Positions 12,303 to 24,352 of a DNA stretch of 64,000 bases are shown in pieces (position 1 is the first letter of the stretch; each line of letters opens with the position of its first letter). The stretch is from Adineta vaga. Taxonomy: Eukaryota; Animalia; Rotifera. The DNA is taken from assembly GCA_021613535.1 (NCBI GenBank), contig CP075496.1, positions 10,106,001 through 10,170,000 on the forward strand, read 5' to 3'. Position numbers and translations under genes: made by a program. The notes under the pieces were generated by a model. That model searched no databases and was not told the origin of the DNA. It saw nothing but the letters and a program-made list of their open reading frames with translations.

Positions 12303-13442
12303 TTATAAGACATCTATTGCTAAATCCAATCGCCATACACTTTCTTGTCCTAATATAATAACAATATTTTTCACCAATGCAAAATTGCTAATCAAACCGT
12401 TTGTACCTATACCATAACCTAATATTACTCCCAGTAATGTACCATTTCGGTCTCTTAAATTGATTCCATCACCTTCAGCAATCCATACTCGATCATTTCT
12501 ATCAATTTTAATTCCATCTGGTATTCCAAATGAACTTACTGAAAATATTCGACGATTGATTGGTAATCCATCTTTAGTTAAATCATACGCATATACAATC
12601 GATACATCTGTATCAGGTGATGTATCACTAACATATAGAATCGTTTCATCTCGATTAAATGCTATACCATTTGGTATAATAAGATCTGTAATAACAGGTC
12701 GTAATTCTGATGTTAACATATCATAACGAAATACTGTACTTTGATATTGTGGTACACCAGAAAATCCTTGCATGAAAGCAACTTGAGGATCTGTAAACCA
12801 CATGAATTTTTTTTGTGAAATTCTAGTTGAAAATGTTACATCATTAGGTGAGTTTAGACGATAACCAAACCATGAATTGACAATAAGTCGACTGTAATAT
12901 GTTGTTGGATTTACTGCATAAATAGCTGCTGGTGTTGTTTTATTTCCTTGAGAACATACATATGCATAACCATCAAAATAATTAATACCATTGGGTGTAA
13001 TTATAGGCGGTTGAATATTCAATAAATTGATTTGATTGGTTTGTAAATTAATACTATATATATTTGTATTCTGTCGTGGTAATTGATTTGCTGTAAACCA
13101 AACTTCATTTGTTTCAGGAATATATGCACCACCTTCATGTGCAAATGGTATGGATGTTAAACGTTGTTCAATCAGTTTAAGATTTGGATTTAAACCAATA
13201 ATTGATGTAAATTCTGTTGTATATGATAGAAATGATGCATCTTGAGAAATGAATAATTCATTTTGTTCAGAATTGGAATCTTCGGAAGTTGGTATATTAG
13301 TAAAACTAAATGATTCATTTTTATATCGATAAAAATTTGTTGATTCCAAACGAGATGTTATGGATAATGGAAGTGCTACAAGTTTATTCAAGCCATTGGC
13401 AACAGTTAATGTAAAAAAGAACAGAAGTAGTTGCAAAAACAT
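12303..13442 (-). CDS. Secreted SMP-30/gluconolactonase (lactonohydrolase-like) beta-propeller, intronless
   Basis: Signal peptide; FAHEGGAY, PNG, NSWFGYRLNSPNDV, WFTDP, PNGIAF..DETILYVSDT, GIPDGIKID..VW..EGDG, ISNF. Confidence 0.9.
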   Translation of the reverse strand: MFLQLLLFFFTLTVANGLNKLVALPLSITSRLESTNFYRYKNESFSFTNIPTSEDSNSEQNELFISQDASFLSYTTEFTSIIGLNPNLKLIEQRLTSIPFAHEGGAYIPETNEVWFTANQLPRQNTNIYSINLQTNQINLLNIQPPIITPNGINYFDGYAYVCSQGNKTTPAAIYAVNPTTYYSRLIVNSWFGYRLNSPNDVTFSTRISQKKFMWFTDPQVAFMQGFSGVPQYQSTVFRYDMLTSELRPVITDLIIPNGIAFNRDETILYVSDTSPDTDVSIVYAYDLTKDGLPINRRIFSVSSFGIPDGIKIDRNDRVWIAEGDGINLRDRNGTLLGVILGYGIGTNGLISNFALVKNIVIILGQESVWRLDLAIDVL

Positions 13443-14318
13443 GTTGCACTAAAGTATTGCAAGATCGAGTTTTCGAAATGCAACGCAATAACAAACTTAC
13501 GTGTTTATATATTATTCATGCGTAACTGCATGTTTTGGAGCATAGAAAGATATGTTATCAAACGTTATTGACAAAAGGTATGAAGAAATGGTAATAATAA
13601 TTAAGTAGTTGTCAAAATGCAATTTTTCGATGAAAATATGTCTTTATATACCTTGAAGTAATCGAGTGCAAGGTAGCAAGAATGATTGTTTCGTGAATGC
13701 CTCGAATACTAATATGAAGATATTTCAATTGATAGAAATAAAATAGATGAAGGTATCAAAATGTCGAAAGGAAAATGTCGACATGTGCAAATATCCACAA
13801 GAACAGATGGCGAAAACAAAATAATGAAAGAAGTGTAAGGGCGTGGTATGGATGAAACAGAGATATGTAGATCCATACTTACTCTCACTTACACCTTTTG
13901 ATATTTTGCCACTTTCCAGATAAATGAAAACAGATACGATGTGTAATATAATTCAGGAGAGGTTTGTATGGGTATATCTGTGTGTAAATCACAACTTCGA
14001 CGAATATGACAATTAAATATCTGTAGAAAAGATTTTAAATCCCATGAGAACAAAAGGAAATTTTAAGTAATAACTTGTATGTTACAGGATTAAGTTTAAT
14101 AAAAGTAAGTTCATTTTTTTGTTGGTGGGAAAAAATTGCAATCATTATGGTTTTATTGAAATGGTTTTATCATTCGATCATTCACCATATTTAACTTAGT
14201 TGTTTATAGCATAGAGAATTTTGGCATTTTGAAATGACGGGACATAAAAGAAAATTGAGGGTGAAGAAAAAAATATCTTGATTTGTAGAGCGAAATAAAT
14301 ACTTGAAGATATTTGATG

Positions 14319-14967
14319 CTAAGAGCTATTCATTGATGTCCAATATATGCAGAGATTGTGGACATGTTCCCTTTTCTTTTCAGCATATATTCGTGCAATA
14401 CCTCTAGCACCATTATTATTATGTTTTATATCATATTCAGCTTGTCTACGTTGTTGTTCATAATACGATACATATATCTGGCAAGCACCGGCGCATACTT
14501 CACGTATATCATGAAACAATCGATTTGTTATCGATCGACACCAAACCAATTCAGTGAGCAGAGTATTACTCCATTGTGCATGATATTGTAATCCATTATG
14601 AAAGATTAAGTACAAAGAATGCAATTCAGATCGATCAGAAACATATTGCATTATAAATTCTCGAATTTCTACCTCAGTTTGTGTGGGAAATATTAAGAGT
14701 ATAATCCAACGTTTGCCACTTGATTTATTTAACATCTTAGCCCAGTCTTCTACGTTTTGCACTGTACATACCATAGGTCCAAACGGATAAAGTTTTTTCA
14801 TATCTTTTTTTATACGTTTGCCAGGATCATATATCAATGTACATGGTTCATTATCCAATAACTGTGGTGGTGCGCTTCCACCAAAATCTATTTGCTATAA
14901 TAGTAATCAAACGATGAATATGATATTTTATGTTTAATACTAAGAAAAATAGACTTACATCATTCAT
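14319..14967 (-). CDS. Hypothetical protein: receiver-like alpha/beta domain plus helical C-terminal region, no catalytic domain recognised
   Basis: MND|QIDFGGSAPPQLLDNEP (intron 14895-14958, phase 0) joins ORF 14319..14858; strand-like segments TLIYD, IILLIFP, SLYLIF. Confidence 0.7.
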
Positions 14968-15148
14968 GATTTGATTTGGTGAGAAATCGGCATTTAGAAT
15001 AAAGTTATATCTAAAACATAGAAAATAGATAAGTCGATAATATACAATTATTTTTAACTGTTAGAATAAAAGACTGTTATTAGTTCTAGTGAAAATCAAT
15101 GTCAAAATTCTTCTTCATTCCATGATAAAAGAAATATTTCCATTTCTT

Positions 15149-17378
15149 TCAGCTTTGTTTGTCTTCTTCATCTTCTCGATTGTAACGTTGAATTATCTTT
15201 TCTGTTTCATTCGCTAATGTTTGATAACATGTCGCTATTTTAGCTCTTAATCTTTTTGCGATAATTTCATGTTCTTGATCATTAGATAAACGTTTAATTT
15301 GTTCTGTATAGAATATACCAAGATCATAAAGTAAATCACCTATCAACTGTTCGAATAACTTTGTATTATCAGTCGAATTTTGTTGGTCGATCGATAAATT
15401 AAATTCATAGAATTTAATTCGGGGATTCTCTTGCATATATATTGGTAAATCAGATCCGATATAATAAATCCAATAGAATTCATCAAGAAGATCATTAACT
15501 TGAGACATAGTAAGCTGTTTGCTTGTGAATCGACGATATTGTAATAAAAATATTGTAGACAAATGTTCTCGTTCATGTTGAATTATTTCATCATTTAAAC
15601 AAAAGTACAACACAGGTTCAAATCTCGCTAATGATGGTTCATAATTTCTTAAATAAGCTGTGTTCTTTGTAGAATGATGTTTGTCGATCTTAATATCGTT
15701 ATCTATTAACAGAAAAAAAGAAGAGATTTATTCATCTAAATCAAAGAAATATTTCATCCAATTTACGATAAAGATAGTTCGTTACTGATTTTACAATCCA
15801 TGGAATATATTCTTCTAGAAAATCAATACATTTATCATGATTTGCATGCCATAGATTATTAAATGATGATCGAAATAAGGAAAACTTCTGAGAATAATCA
15901 TCAGATTTTTTACATGGAATATCAAGTTGATTATCAAAATTCAATAGTTTGCCAATAAGAGATTTGTAGTCATTTTCATTATCTTGTTGACCTAATTTAT
16001 ATTTGACTATTTTCATAAATTTTTCAATTAGTTTATAATCATCTTGTGTAGCAATATTTAAACGAATTGTATATACGTCAATTTCCTTATCATACACGAT
16101 ACTTTGCAGAGATAAAACAGTTCCAAGATCGAAAAGAATTTCACCTTCTTCAGGAAATGCACTCAAATGACCAATATCTGCATAAACCACCGGTGATTTT
16201 TCAATATTAAGATTAATTTCTAATAGAACATTATATAATGGTTCATTAATTATATTTTGTTTTTTGACTGAAAAAGCCATTGCAATATCTCGTTTTCGAC
16301 TAGTTGATAAAAATCCATTTGTTGATATTAACGAACCGATTGGTACCGTTTTAAATCGATTGATATCACACGATGTCATAACTAAACCATGATAGACTGT
16401 ATTGATAGTTGTAACATTGATTGTTGACTGCCATTGTAATAATTGTTTTCTTAAATCTCGAATATAGAAAGCAATAGCATGAAGATTATTTTGATCAAAT
16501 GATCTTAATGTTCGATTAATTAATTTATGAACAAATGAATTACGAGTATACCACATAATTGCATCCGTTTCTGTATAGGTTAATTCGAATTCTAAAATAT
16601 GTTTTAATTCAGATTTGCGTTGACCATAGTATGCGCGACAAACATTTAACATGTCTTGTTTGTATTTCTGATAATATTCAAAATGAATCGATATTAATAG
16701 AAGTTGATTAGCAAGAAATAGAGCTGATTGACGAGTTAATTGATAACAATTATCACTCTGTGTATTCCATGTATAGAAATGTGTTTGACATTTTAAATCA
16801 ATCCATGTATGAACAGATTGAATCAATTCAGCTTCAGTTGCAAGACAAGCTAATACTTTGACGTAGGTTCTATTTTTTAAATAAAGATATTTTTCAGGAG
16901 AAGCACAAAATATAATAATAGCATCAATTGCAGATATAGAATGAACAGAACGAAGACATTGTTCTGCACATTTTCCTGAAACAATCAAAAGTATAGTTTC
17001 TTGACGTCTAGTAATCATATCGAAAAATTTTCGAAGATCATTGTATAATTCCACTTTATCATTAAGTTGATTTAGTAATTGAAGCGTACGTTGATCATTT
17101 GGATCCATTTTAGTATCTACCCATACCAGACAAACATCATGACGATTTGTTGAAGTGACATTTAAATTAATTAAACGTTTGGTTGGAACGTTGTCTAAAA
17201 CTAAAACTTAGTGATTTTTTTCAATTTCGAATTATATAAAGGCTCCAATGTGATATTAATATCTTTACTTCTTATATACTATAATTAGTTACATTACTGA
17301 TTAAGATAATTTTTACTTACTATCAAATGTAGAATTTTGTTCTTTGTCTGAATTATTCTGATAATCTGATTTGATCAT
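15149..17378 (-). CDS. NAD:arginine ADP-ribosyltransferase (R-S-E type) domain protein with N-terminal receiver-like domain and C-terminal alpha/beta-plus-helical module; 3 exons
   Basis: Exons 17378-17321, 17194-15767, 15702-15149 are in frame. LVWVD..LLIVSG..IIIFC; AIMWYTRNSFVHKLINRTLR; VYHG; NGFLSTS; ADIGHLSAFPEEGEILFDLG. Confidence 0.85.
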
Positions 17379-18124
17379 TTTTTTTGTCTGATAATTGTAT
17401 GATAAGTCGTGGAATAATCTACGTTAACAGATAATGTGTTGTACGTAATGGAGACTCTGGAATAAAACGTGAAATAAAGAAGTTTATTCGATACTTTTAA
17501 ATGTATTTGTTGTGAAATACATGGAAAAAACCAACATTTTCTTTTCTGCACGCGTATAGCTTTGTAGGAAGAAGAAAAGAATTGTCGTTTGCAAAAACCA
17601 ATTATTTGCATTTGTCAAAGCTCTTTTTTCTATTTGAAACTGAAGAAAAAACCAAGTAGTGTACGACATAGTTATATCAGAGATAGCAACCATCGATTTA
17701 GTTTGCTTATCTGATAAAATATATTGCTAATGCAAGACTAAAACTTCCAACCATTCTGTAACAAAATAATTCTTTCTACATAGTAAATATTAAAGAAATA
17801 TTAACAATCTCAATCGTTTTAACATATCGAATAATCTTTAAAATATCAACTATAACTTCATAATAATTTCCCCTTTGTTTCATACACATCACAAAGTTCA
17901 ATCAATTTTTCAGCAAAATTTTTATGTACATCGATTGTCATACATTATTATTTCATAATCCTCATTCTTTTTTTACGTATTTCTTCTCCTGTGGACTATT
18001 GAGTACAACTATTTACAGTTATTTTTATACTTCTTTTTTTCTTATGATCCTCGTGTAGTCACACTTCATTGACTATCAACGTAAATACTCATGTTCACAT
18101 GCAACTCAATAGCATACAAAAAAA

Positions 18125-19389
18125 ATGTCTACAATGACAACGATACCACAAGAACCTATTGAAATTGATCTTAATTCTTTAGAAACAACGGCTGCTCGTC
18201 TTGTCTGTTCAATAAAACCACGATGGGCATTAAAAAAATTAGTTTTCAAAAAACTAACGACCGATTGTCATCTGATCTATTATACAATCTTTCTAAAAGA
18301 TAATGAAGATGAACGTAATAACGTTATTCTCAAAATTTATCCAACTAATTTCGATGTATATGCTGATCCGCAAGAACAATTTCATTTACTAACACATTTA
18401 ATCGAACAAAAAATAGCAGCACGCGTTCTATTGAGATTTAATAATGGATATATTTCTACTTCTATTCCAGGAAAAATACTTGATTTGAAAGAACAACCAA
18501 TTGGGTATGTTTTTATTCGTGAAATGAATTAATTCTGAGAATTTATAGTTTTAGTGAATTAATTGCTCGAAAATTGGCTGAATTTCATTCCATTCCATCA
18601 CGATTTCATGGATCACGTTTAGCAGATAAATTAAAACAATTTATTGATTTATTTACTGATAAAAATAAAGCTTTACATGATAGACTTGTTGAAATACAAA
18701 CCCAACGAGAAAAATCAGGTAATAATACGAAAACATTTTTCAGTTCAATCAAGTCTGTTATTGGTTTTCAAACAACTCCAACACTTCCCTTAACATTTGC
18801 ACAATTACAAAATCAATTAAAAGATATTTCTTGGACAGAACTTTCAAATGATATTGATTGTATTCAATCAACTTTAGAAAAAAATTCCTCATTATTTGAT
18901 ATTCCTATTGTTTTATGTTTGAATAACATTCGATATGAAAATTTTCTATATGATTCAACGAATCGATCATTATCGATTATTGATTTTGATCATTGTTTAC
19001 ATGATTATTATTTAATTGATATTGTTTCTTATTATTTGGAATTATCAGCAGATGATTACGAAAGAAAATATCCAGAACGATCCATTCAAAAACAATTTCT
19101 TAATGACTATTTGAAAAATTCAACATTGAACATGTCAAATACTGTTTATGATCATCGAAAAGTAGCCGATCATGAATTAGAACATTTGTGTGATTTATGT
19201 GGACTTTTAATTGCACCTGTTCATCTTTATTGGGCTTTATGGGCATTTCTTCAAGCTTTATTAATAAAACCAACATCAACATTTGATTATGTCAATTATG
19301 GACGTATTCGTTTAGCACAATATTATCGACATAAAAATAACTTTTTTCTTCCGATAAATCATTCACAAAAAACTCGACCAAAATTTTAA
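18125..19389 (+). CDS. Choline/ethanolamine kinase-like protein with degenerate catalytic motif (probable pseudokinase)
   Basis: Intron 18505-18554; VILKIY, RFNNG, IARKLAEFHS, IVLCLNNI..EN, IIDFDHC..DY..IDI, HLYWALWA..QA..STFDYVNYG..RL. Confidence 0.85.
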
Positions 19390-19508
19390 AATGATATTTC
19401 ATATGTTTTTCATGATAAAATTATAATTTTATGATTTAATAAATAGTCAGAAAAGAAATTTTATTATAAATAAATCAAATCATATCTATCAGAATGGTTT
19501 CCCAAATT

Positions 19509-20157
19509 CTATGTCATATATCGTATGTACAATGAATAAGATGGAATATAACAATGTAAAGTTACAGCTGCAATATTTTCATCTAATGTTTCTATTTTAT
19601 GCAAATGAATTTTATTCCTAATTAAATGTAATTCCATAGTTTCTTTAATACGTAATTTATTCATATGATATCCATTCGAAGGAAGGAAATATTTGATTCC
19701 TTGTACAATCGTCATTAAACAATCACTATCGGCATGATTATGAATAGGCGAAGGACTACGTTTCCAACAAACAAGCATTCGTATAAATCGATTTGGACGA
19801 TGAGCAATTAGATTTCATGTCTAATTTTTTGTCGAAATCTAATAACATTCATATTAATGCTGATCGCAAGGATAATGAGAAGAATCAAGTTTAAGAAGAG
19901 ATATGATTAGTAAACGAGAATATTCATTTGAACATGATGAAATACCACCCACCTTAGTTTGATCACGTAATTATTCACATTTTGATAAAGTTAATTGAAT
20001 AAAATGAATTAATTCAGTTAGAGATATCTGATGCTGAGCATTTAGACACTATAAACACATGATATTTTATTGTATTTACTTCTTCAATTGTCATTCTTTT
20101 ATTATCATTTCTACATTGAATACATTCACATGTTTTACTTGTTGATATATCATTCAT
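19509..20157 (-). pseudogene. Cysteine dioxygenase (CDO)-like pseudogene
   Basis: MLVCW...SPIHNHADSDC.M.IVQG and LHKIE...AVTLHCYIP match CDO cupin motifs; the YTRNL motif reads *T*NL (stops at 19821-23 and 19815-17); middle section shortened. Confidence 0.75.
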
Positions 20158-20633
20158 TTTATTTTGAATAGATAGTATGTGCGTAAAAAATAACTCGAGG
20201 ATATAGAGTAAAGTGTAGACCTCGATGGTGAGGCAGATGGTAAATTTCGATCTCTCTTTCGTTCTTTGATTGAAGAAAGAATACGTTCGACACAGAAAGA
20301 AAAGGAGATACAATATAGAAGAACAATAAAGGAATAGAAAAAAAAAACTATTTTCTTTTTTGCTTTATTCCATTTTAAGTTTACGTCATATCGTTCTTGT
20401 CCTCATAACCATATATGTGAGATCGTATATCTTCGACAGGACAATGTCGAACGAGCCTTATTTGATATAATTTAAATAATCAAGTTTATATTTAATCGAT
20501 AAACATAAATAAACGATAAACTAAACTAAAATAACAAAAATGACTAGCTAGATTAGCATTTAGTATACATAAATAACAAGAAATAAAAAACCATCATTTT
20601 AATATTAGTCTTTCAACTGTAAATCAATCTGTT

Positions 20634-21476
20634 TTATGCTTGATTTGGTTGTCGTTGTGGTAATCCTTGATTGCTATCGTTACGGATCGATTGTTTAGCA
20701 GTATTCGATGTTCCTTGTTCTTCATCTTGACCTATTTCATGAAAATAGAGATGCAATTCTTTTTTTCGATTTTATATTTACCTTCTTCATAATCAACATC
20801 ATCGTAACCACCTTCATCTTCTTGATTATCATTATTATCGCCTCCTTGACTACCACCACCACCACCACGGCCTCCTCGTCCACGACCTCGACCTCGACCA
20901 CCTAATAAATACAATGGATACGATATTCAAAGAAACATGAAATAAAAGAAAAACCTACTTCCGCGGTTATTCAAACCTATATTAGCGTGTTGTGCATACA
21001 TTGAAGCTTCTTGAATTAATTGACCAGCAGCTACTTGTGCTTGTATAGCAGCTATAAATAAATAAGATTATAGATTCAATTTTATCATTAAATTTCAAAA
21101 TAAATATACCAGTTTCCATTTGATTTGCATATTGAAGAGCTTCTTGAGCTTGTTGATGAAGCATGGCTGCTTCACGACTAACTTCCATAGCAGCAAGACG
21201 CTCTTGATGGCCAGCATATCTTGGATTATTTGGATTTAATTGATTAGCATGGTTATCTAAATCAGCTTTTGTATGGGCAACTAAAAATAAATACCATAGA
21301 ATCAATTATTATGAGTACAATCGATAAGAATATAAGAAAAATATATCCATACCGTTTGGATTGAGAGAACTTTGTGGACCAGTACCGACAGTGCCGGGAG
21401 GAATAATTTGATTTGGATCACCAGCTGGAATTACACCAGCTTGATTATTATTCGAATTTTGTCCTCCGGAAGACAT
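20634..21476 (-). CDS. Small intrinsically disordered protein with DNHANQLNPNN motif, A/Q-rich helix, RGG box and acidic tail; 5 exons
   Basis: All introns phase 1 and in frame: MSSGGQNSNN..|VAHTKADLDNHANQLNPNNPRY..|AAIQAQVAAG..|SGRGRGRGRGGRGGGGG..DEGGYDDVDYEE|GQDEEQ..PNQA*. Confidence 0.8.
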
Positions 21477-22046
21477 GATTAGAAGAATTTCAGTATAGTG
21501 TTAGTTAAACGCTCTAAAATAGAAATGATTCTTTTCAATTTATAGCTTCTCTTATTCTCTTCTTAGAGTCACGAAGTGCAATTTCGCTATTTTTCGTATT
21601 CGACTTTGTCGTACAAATCATATAAAGATAGATACAATATAATATAATAAGAAATCGTTTTTCAGAGGTCAAATGAGTATGAAATCGAAAAGATCTGGAA
21701 AATTCTTTCGAATTTTCGTTTGTTACACGTGATTTTCACTTAAAGTTCAATCGATAAAAAGAAAAATATATAGTTCCTGAAGTGCAATATAAATGAACTA
21801 AAAGGAGATCTAGATGTCGGTAGATTTCATTTATACTGTATAAACTTTCGAACTAATTCTATTTGATAAATAGATAAAATGATGATCGTAAATTTATTTC
21901 GTTTACATAATATTTTTATAAATCATATCAACATCTGTTTATAAATTCTTAAACGAAGAAGATGCGATTTGATTTTAAACAAAAGTTTCTTTCCACTTTA
22001 TACCGAAAACAAACTGCGATAACACAAAGAATATTTTAGTTGTTAA

Positions 22047-22982
22047 ATGAATAATTCAATTGTTAACCAAACAAGATTTGAAAGTTTTCCAAATGAAATT
22101 TTCTGTGAAATATTTGATTATTTATCGATTCAAGATTTAAATATAAATTTTTTTAATCTCAATAATTATATAAATTCAATTTTAACGTGTCATACAAATA
22201 TTCCCACTAAAATAACTTCATATTAATATTTGAATTCATTTGTCATCAAATTCTTCTCTACTTGTATCACTCGATTAAGTACTAATTTTCGTTATTTAAC
22301 CGATTTATCTTCATTTTGAGCACTTCGTTCATTGAAATTTCTAATCAATCTTGAACATATCTATATCATTTATAACACGCAATGTAATAACAAATCTTTG
22401 ATACAATTATTCGATAATGTTATGTCAAATTCCTTTCCTCATCTTCGTTTTTGTCGAATCGGTCAAATTACATCTCATTCACAAACACATTGGAAACTTC
22501 TTTTATCTCTTCATTCATTAACAATATCTACAAAAGATCCGAATATTTATTATCGAATTCTTCATTTTTGTCCTTCACTTATTCGTCTGAAATTAACAAT
22601 CGATTTGTTAACAAGACCAATTTCACATGAACATTGTCCGCATGTATCTCTTCGTCGATTCGAATTACATTTAATTCTTCGTAGTATTTCATTAGATCAA
22701 GTTCTTGGTTTTTTATTTGCTCCTTTATCGAATCTAACACATCTGACTATCAATGGTCCAGGTCATCATCCCAAACAATTCGATATACAACTACTCAATC
22801 TTCTTTTACATCAACATGTTCCACAACTTCAACAATTTTATCTTCAAATGTTAGTTGATACTGCTTCAGTTCGAAAAATAGAAACAGGAAATTATCAAAT
22901 TCATCCACTCTTTGTTCGAATGTTCATGTATCATAATATGCTTTATGCTCGTATGTCAATACAAATAACTATATCATCATAA
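22047..22982 (+). pseudogene. F-box-like/LRR gene with two in-frame stops
   Basis: RFESFPNEIFCEIFDYL F-box-like start at ATG 22047; TAA 22224-26 and TGA 22317-19 in frame with ORF 22332..22982. Confidence 0.8.
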
Positions 22983-24352
22983 TAAAGATAAATATAGTGA
23001 TATTTGTTTCGTGATAGACTCATAAAGTTAATGACTGGGTACATGAAAAGATAATCATGACAAGAATAGTTCTTTTGTCAGAAAAAGAATACAAACGGAT
23101 CTTTGAACTTCAATATGACTTTCTTGTATTCTATTCATCACATTATTTTTATGGATAGAGATACTTTTGATGACAGTAAGAATAGGATCATCATCTATTA
23201 TATATATATATATAATCTGCTGTAGTGAATATTTGTCTTACTTTTGTTTTTATAATTCGATTTAACAATCTTCTCGAGTAAGTATTGAAATGAAAATGAA
23301 TGCGGCACATTTAGTAAAAACTTGTTCGAATGGATTCAGTATTGTACATTTTCGAGGTCATCTGTTCGAATCTATCTAAGAGCAAATTGGTGCATTCTAT
23401 TCTGTAGTCAACATCATATATATGCTGATGTACTGGAAACGGATGCAATAAAAACAACCAAGGAAAGTATCTCACTGAGTTTATCCAAATATATAGATAA
23501 ACTTTCAACAACAGCCTTTCCTACAAAAAACAAAATAACCTTTTCTTATTATATAGAATACTATTATTTCTAATTAGACATTATGATTCTCTGATGATCT
23601 ATGCTTTTAATTAGATATACAAATGTGTATTTCTTGAATATTCCCGAAAGAATGAGACTTCTTTATTTTTGCTTTGTTATGAGAGATTGTCAAAATATTC
23701 CTCTTCGGTTTGTTTGATCAGTCATCAATTGATTGTGTATCTAACCTGGAGAAAATTTCGTTTCATTGACTTTGATCAAACACAGGTATTGATAAAGAAA
23801 ATATGCCTTTAAAAGAAGAAATTTAAAGAAAATAAACTTTTTGAAATTGGAGATCATTGTCAAACGATTAGTTTGTTCAATATCTTTCGATTATAATATT
23901 GACAGTTCTTTGTTGAAAAGAGACGAGAAAGAGTAAAAAATAACAGATGAACGAGGACATGAAAGAAAAGAGAGACAGAGAGAGAGAGATCCATTTTCAG
24001 TAAGAAGTAATGGTTATTGTGATGATGTAAGTCTATCGGACAATAAGAGAGAGAAAGAAAGAAATATCGTTTGTTTTAATTACTCTTCTTTGGTCCCGAT
24101 CGCGCAATATTTACCTATCTTTTTTTTGTTTCTCCTTGCTTGCTCATTAAACGGTCCTTCCTTCTCTTCGTTTCATAAGCCAATCTATTCGATCACTTTC
24201 TCTAAATCACATCGAAAAAAAAGAGCGTGTGAATTAACACATGTTTTTCTTTCTATTATCTTTAATTAAGTCTCAATTCCAGGTACACAATCATAGTATA
24301 GTCATTCATTCGAATTTTCTTTCTTTTCGTTTTAGTATAATTCATGTAGCAA

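Noticed and set aside
23311-23573. Overlapping 66/83-aa ORFs
   Set aside because: No motifs, splice logic or homology; expected by chance
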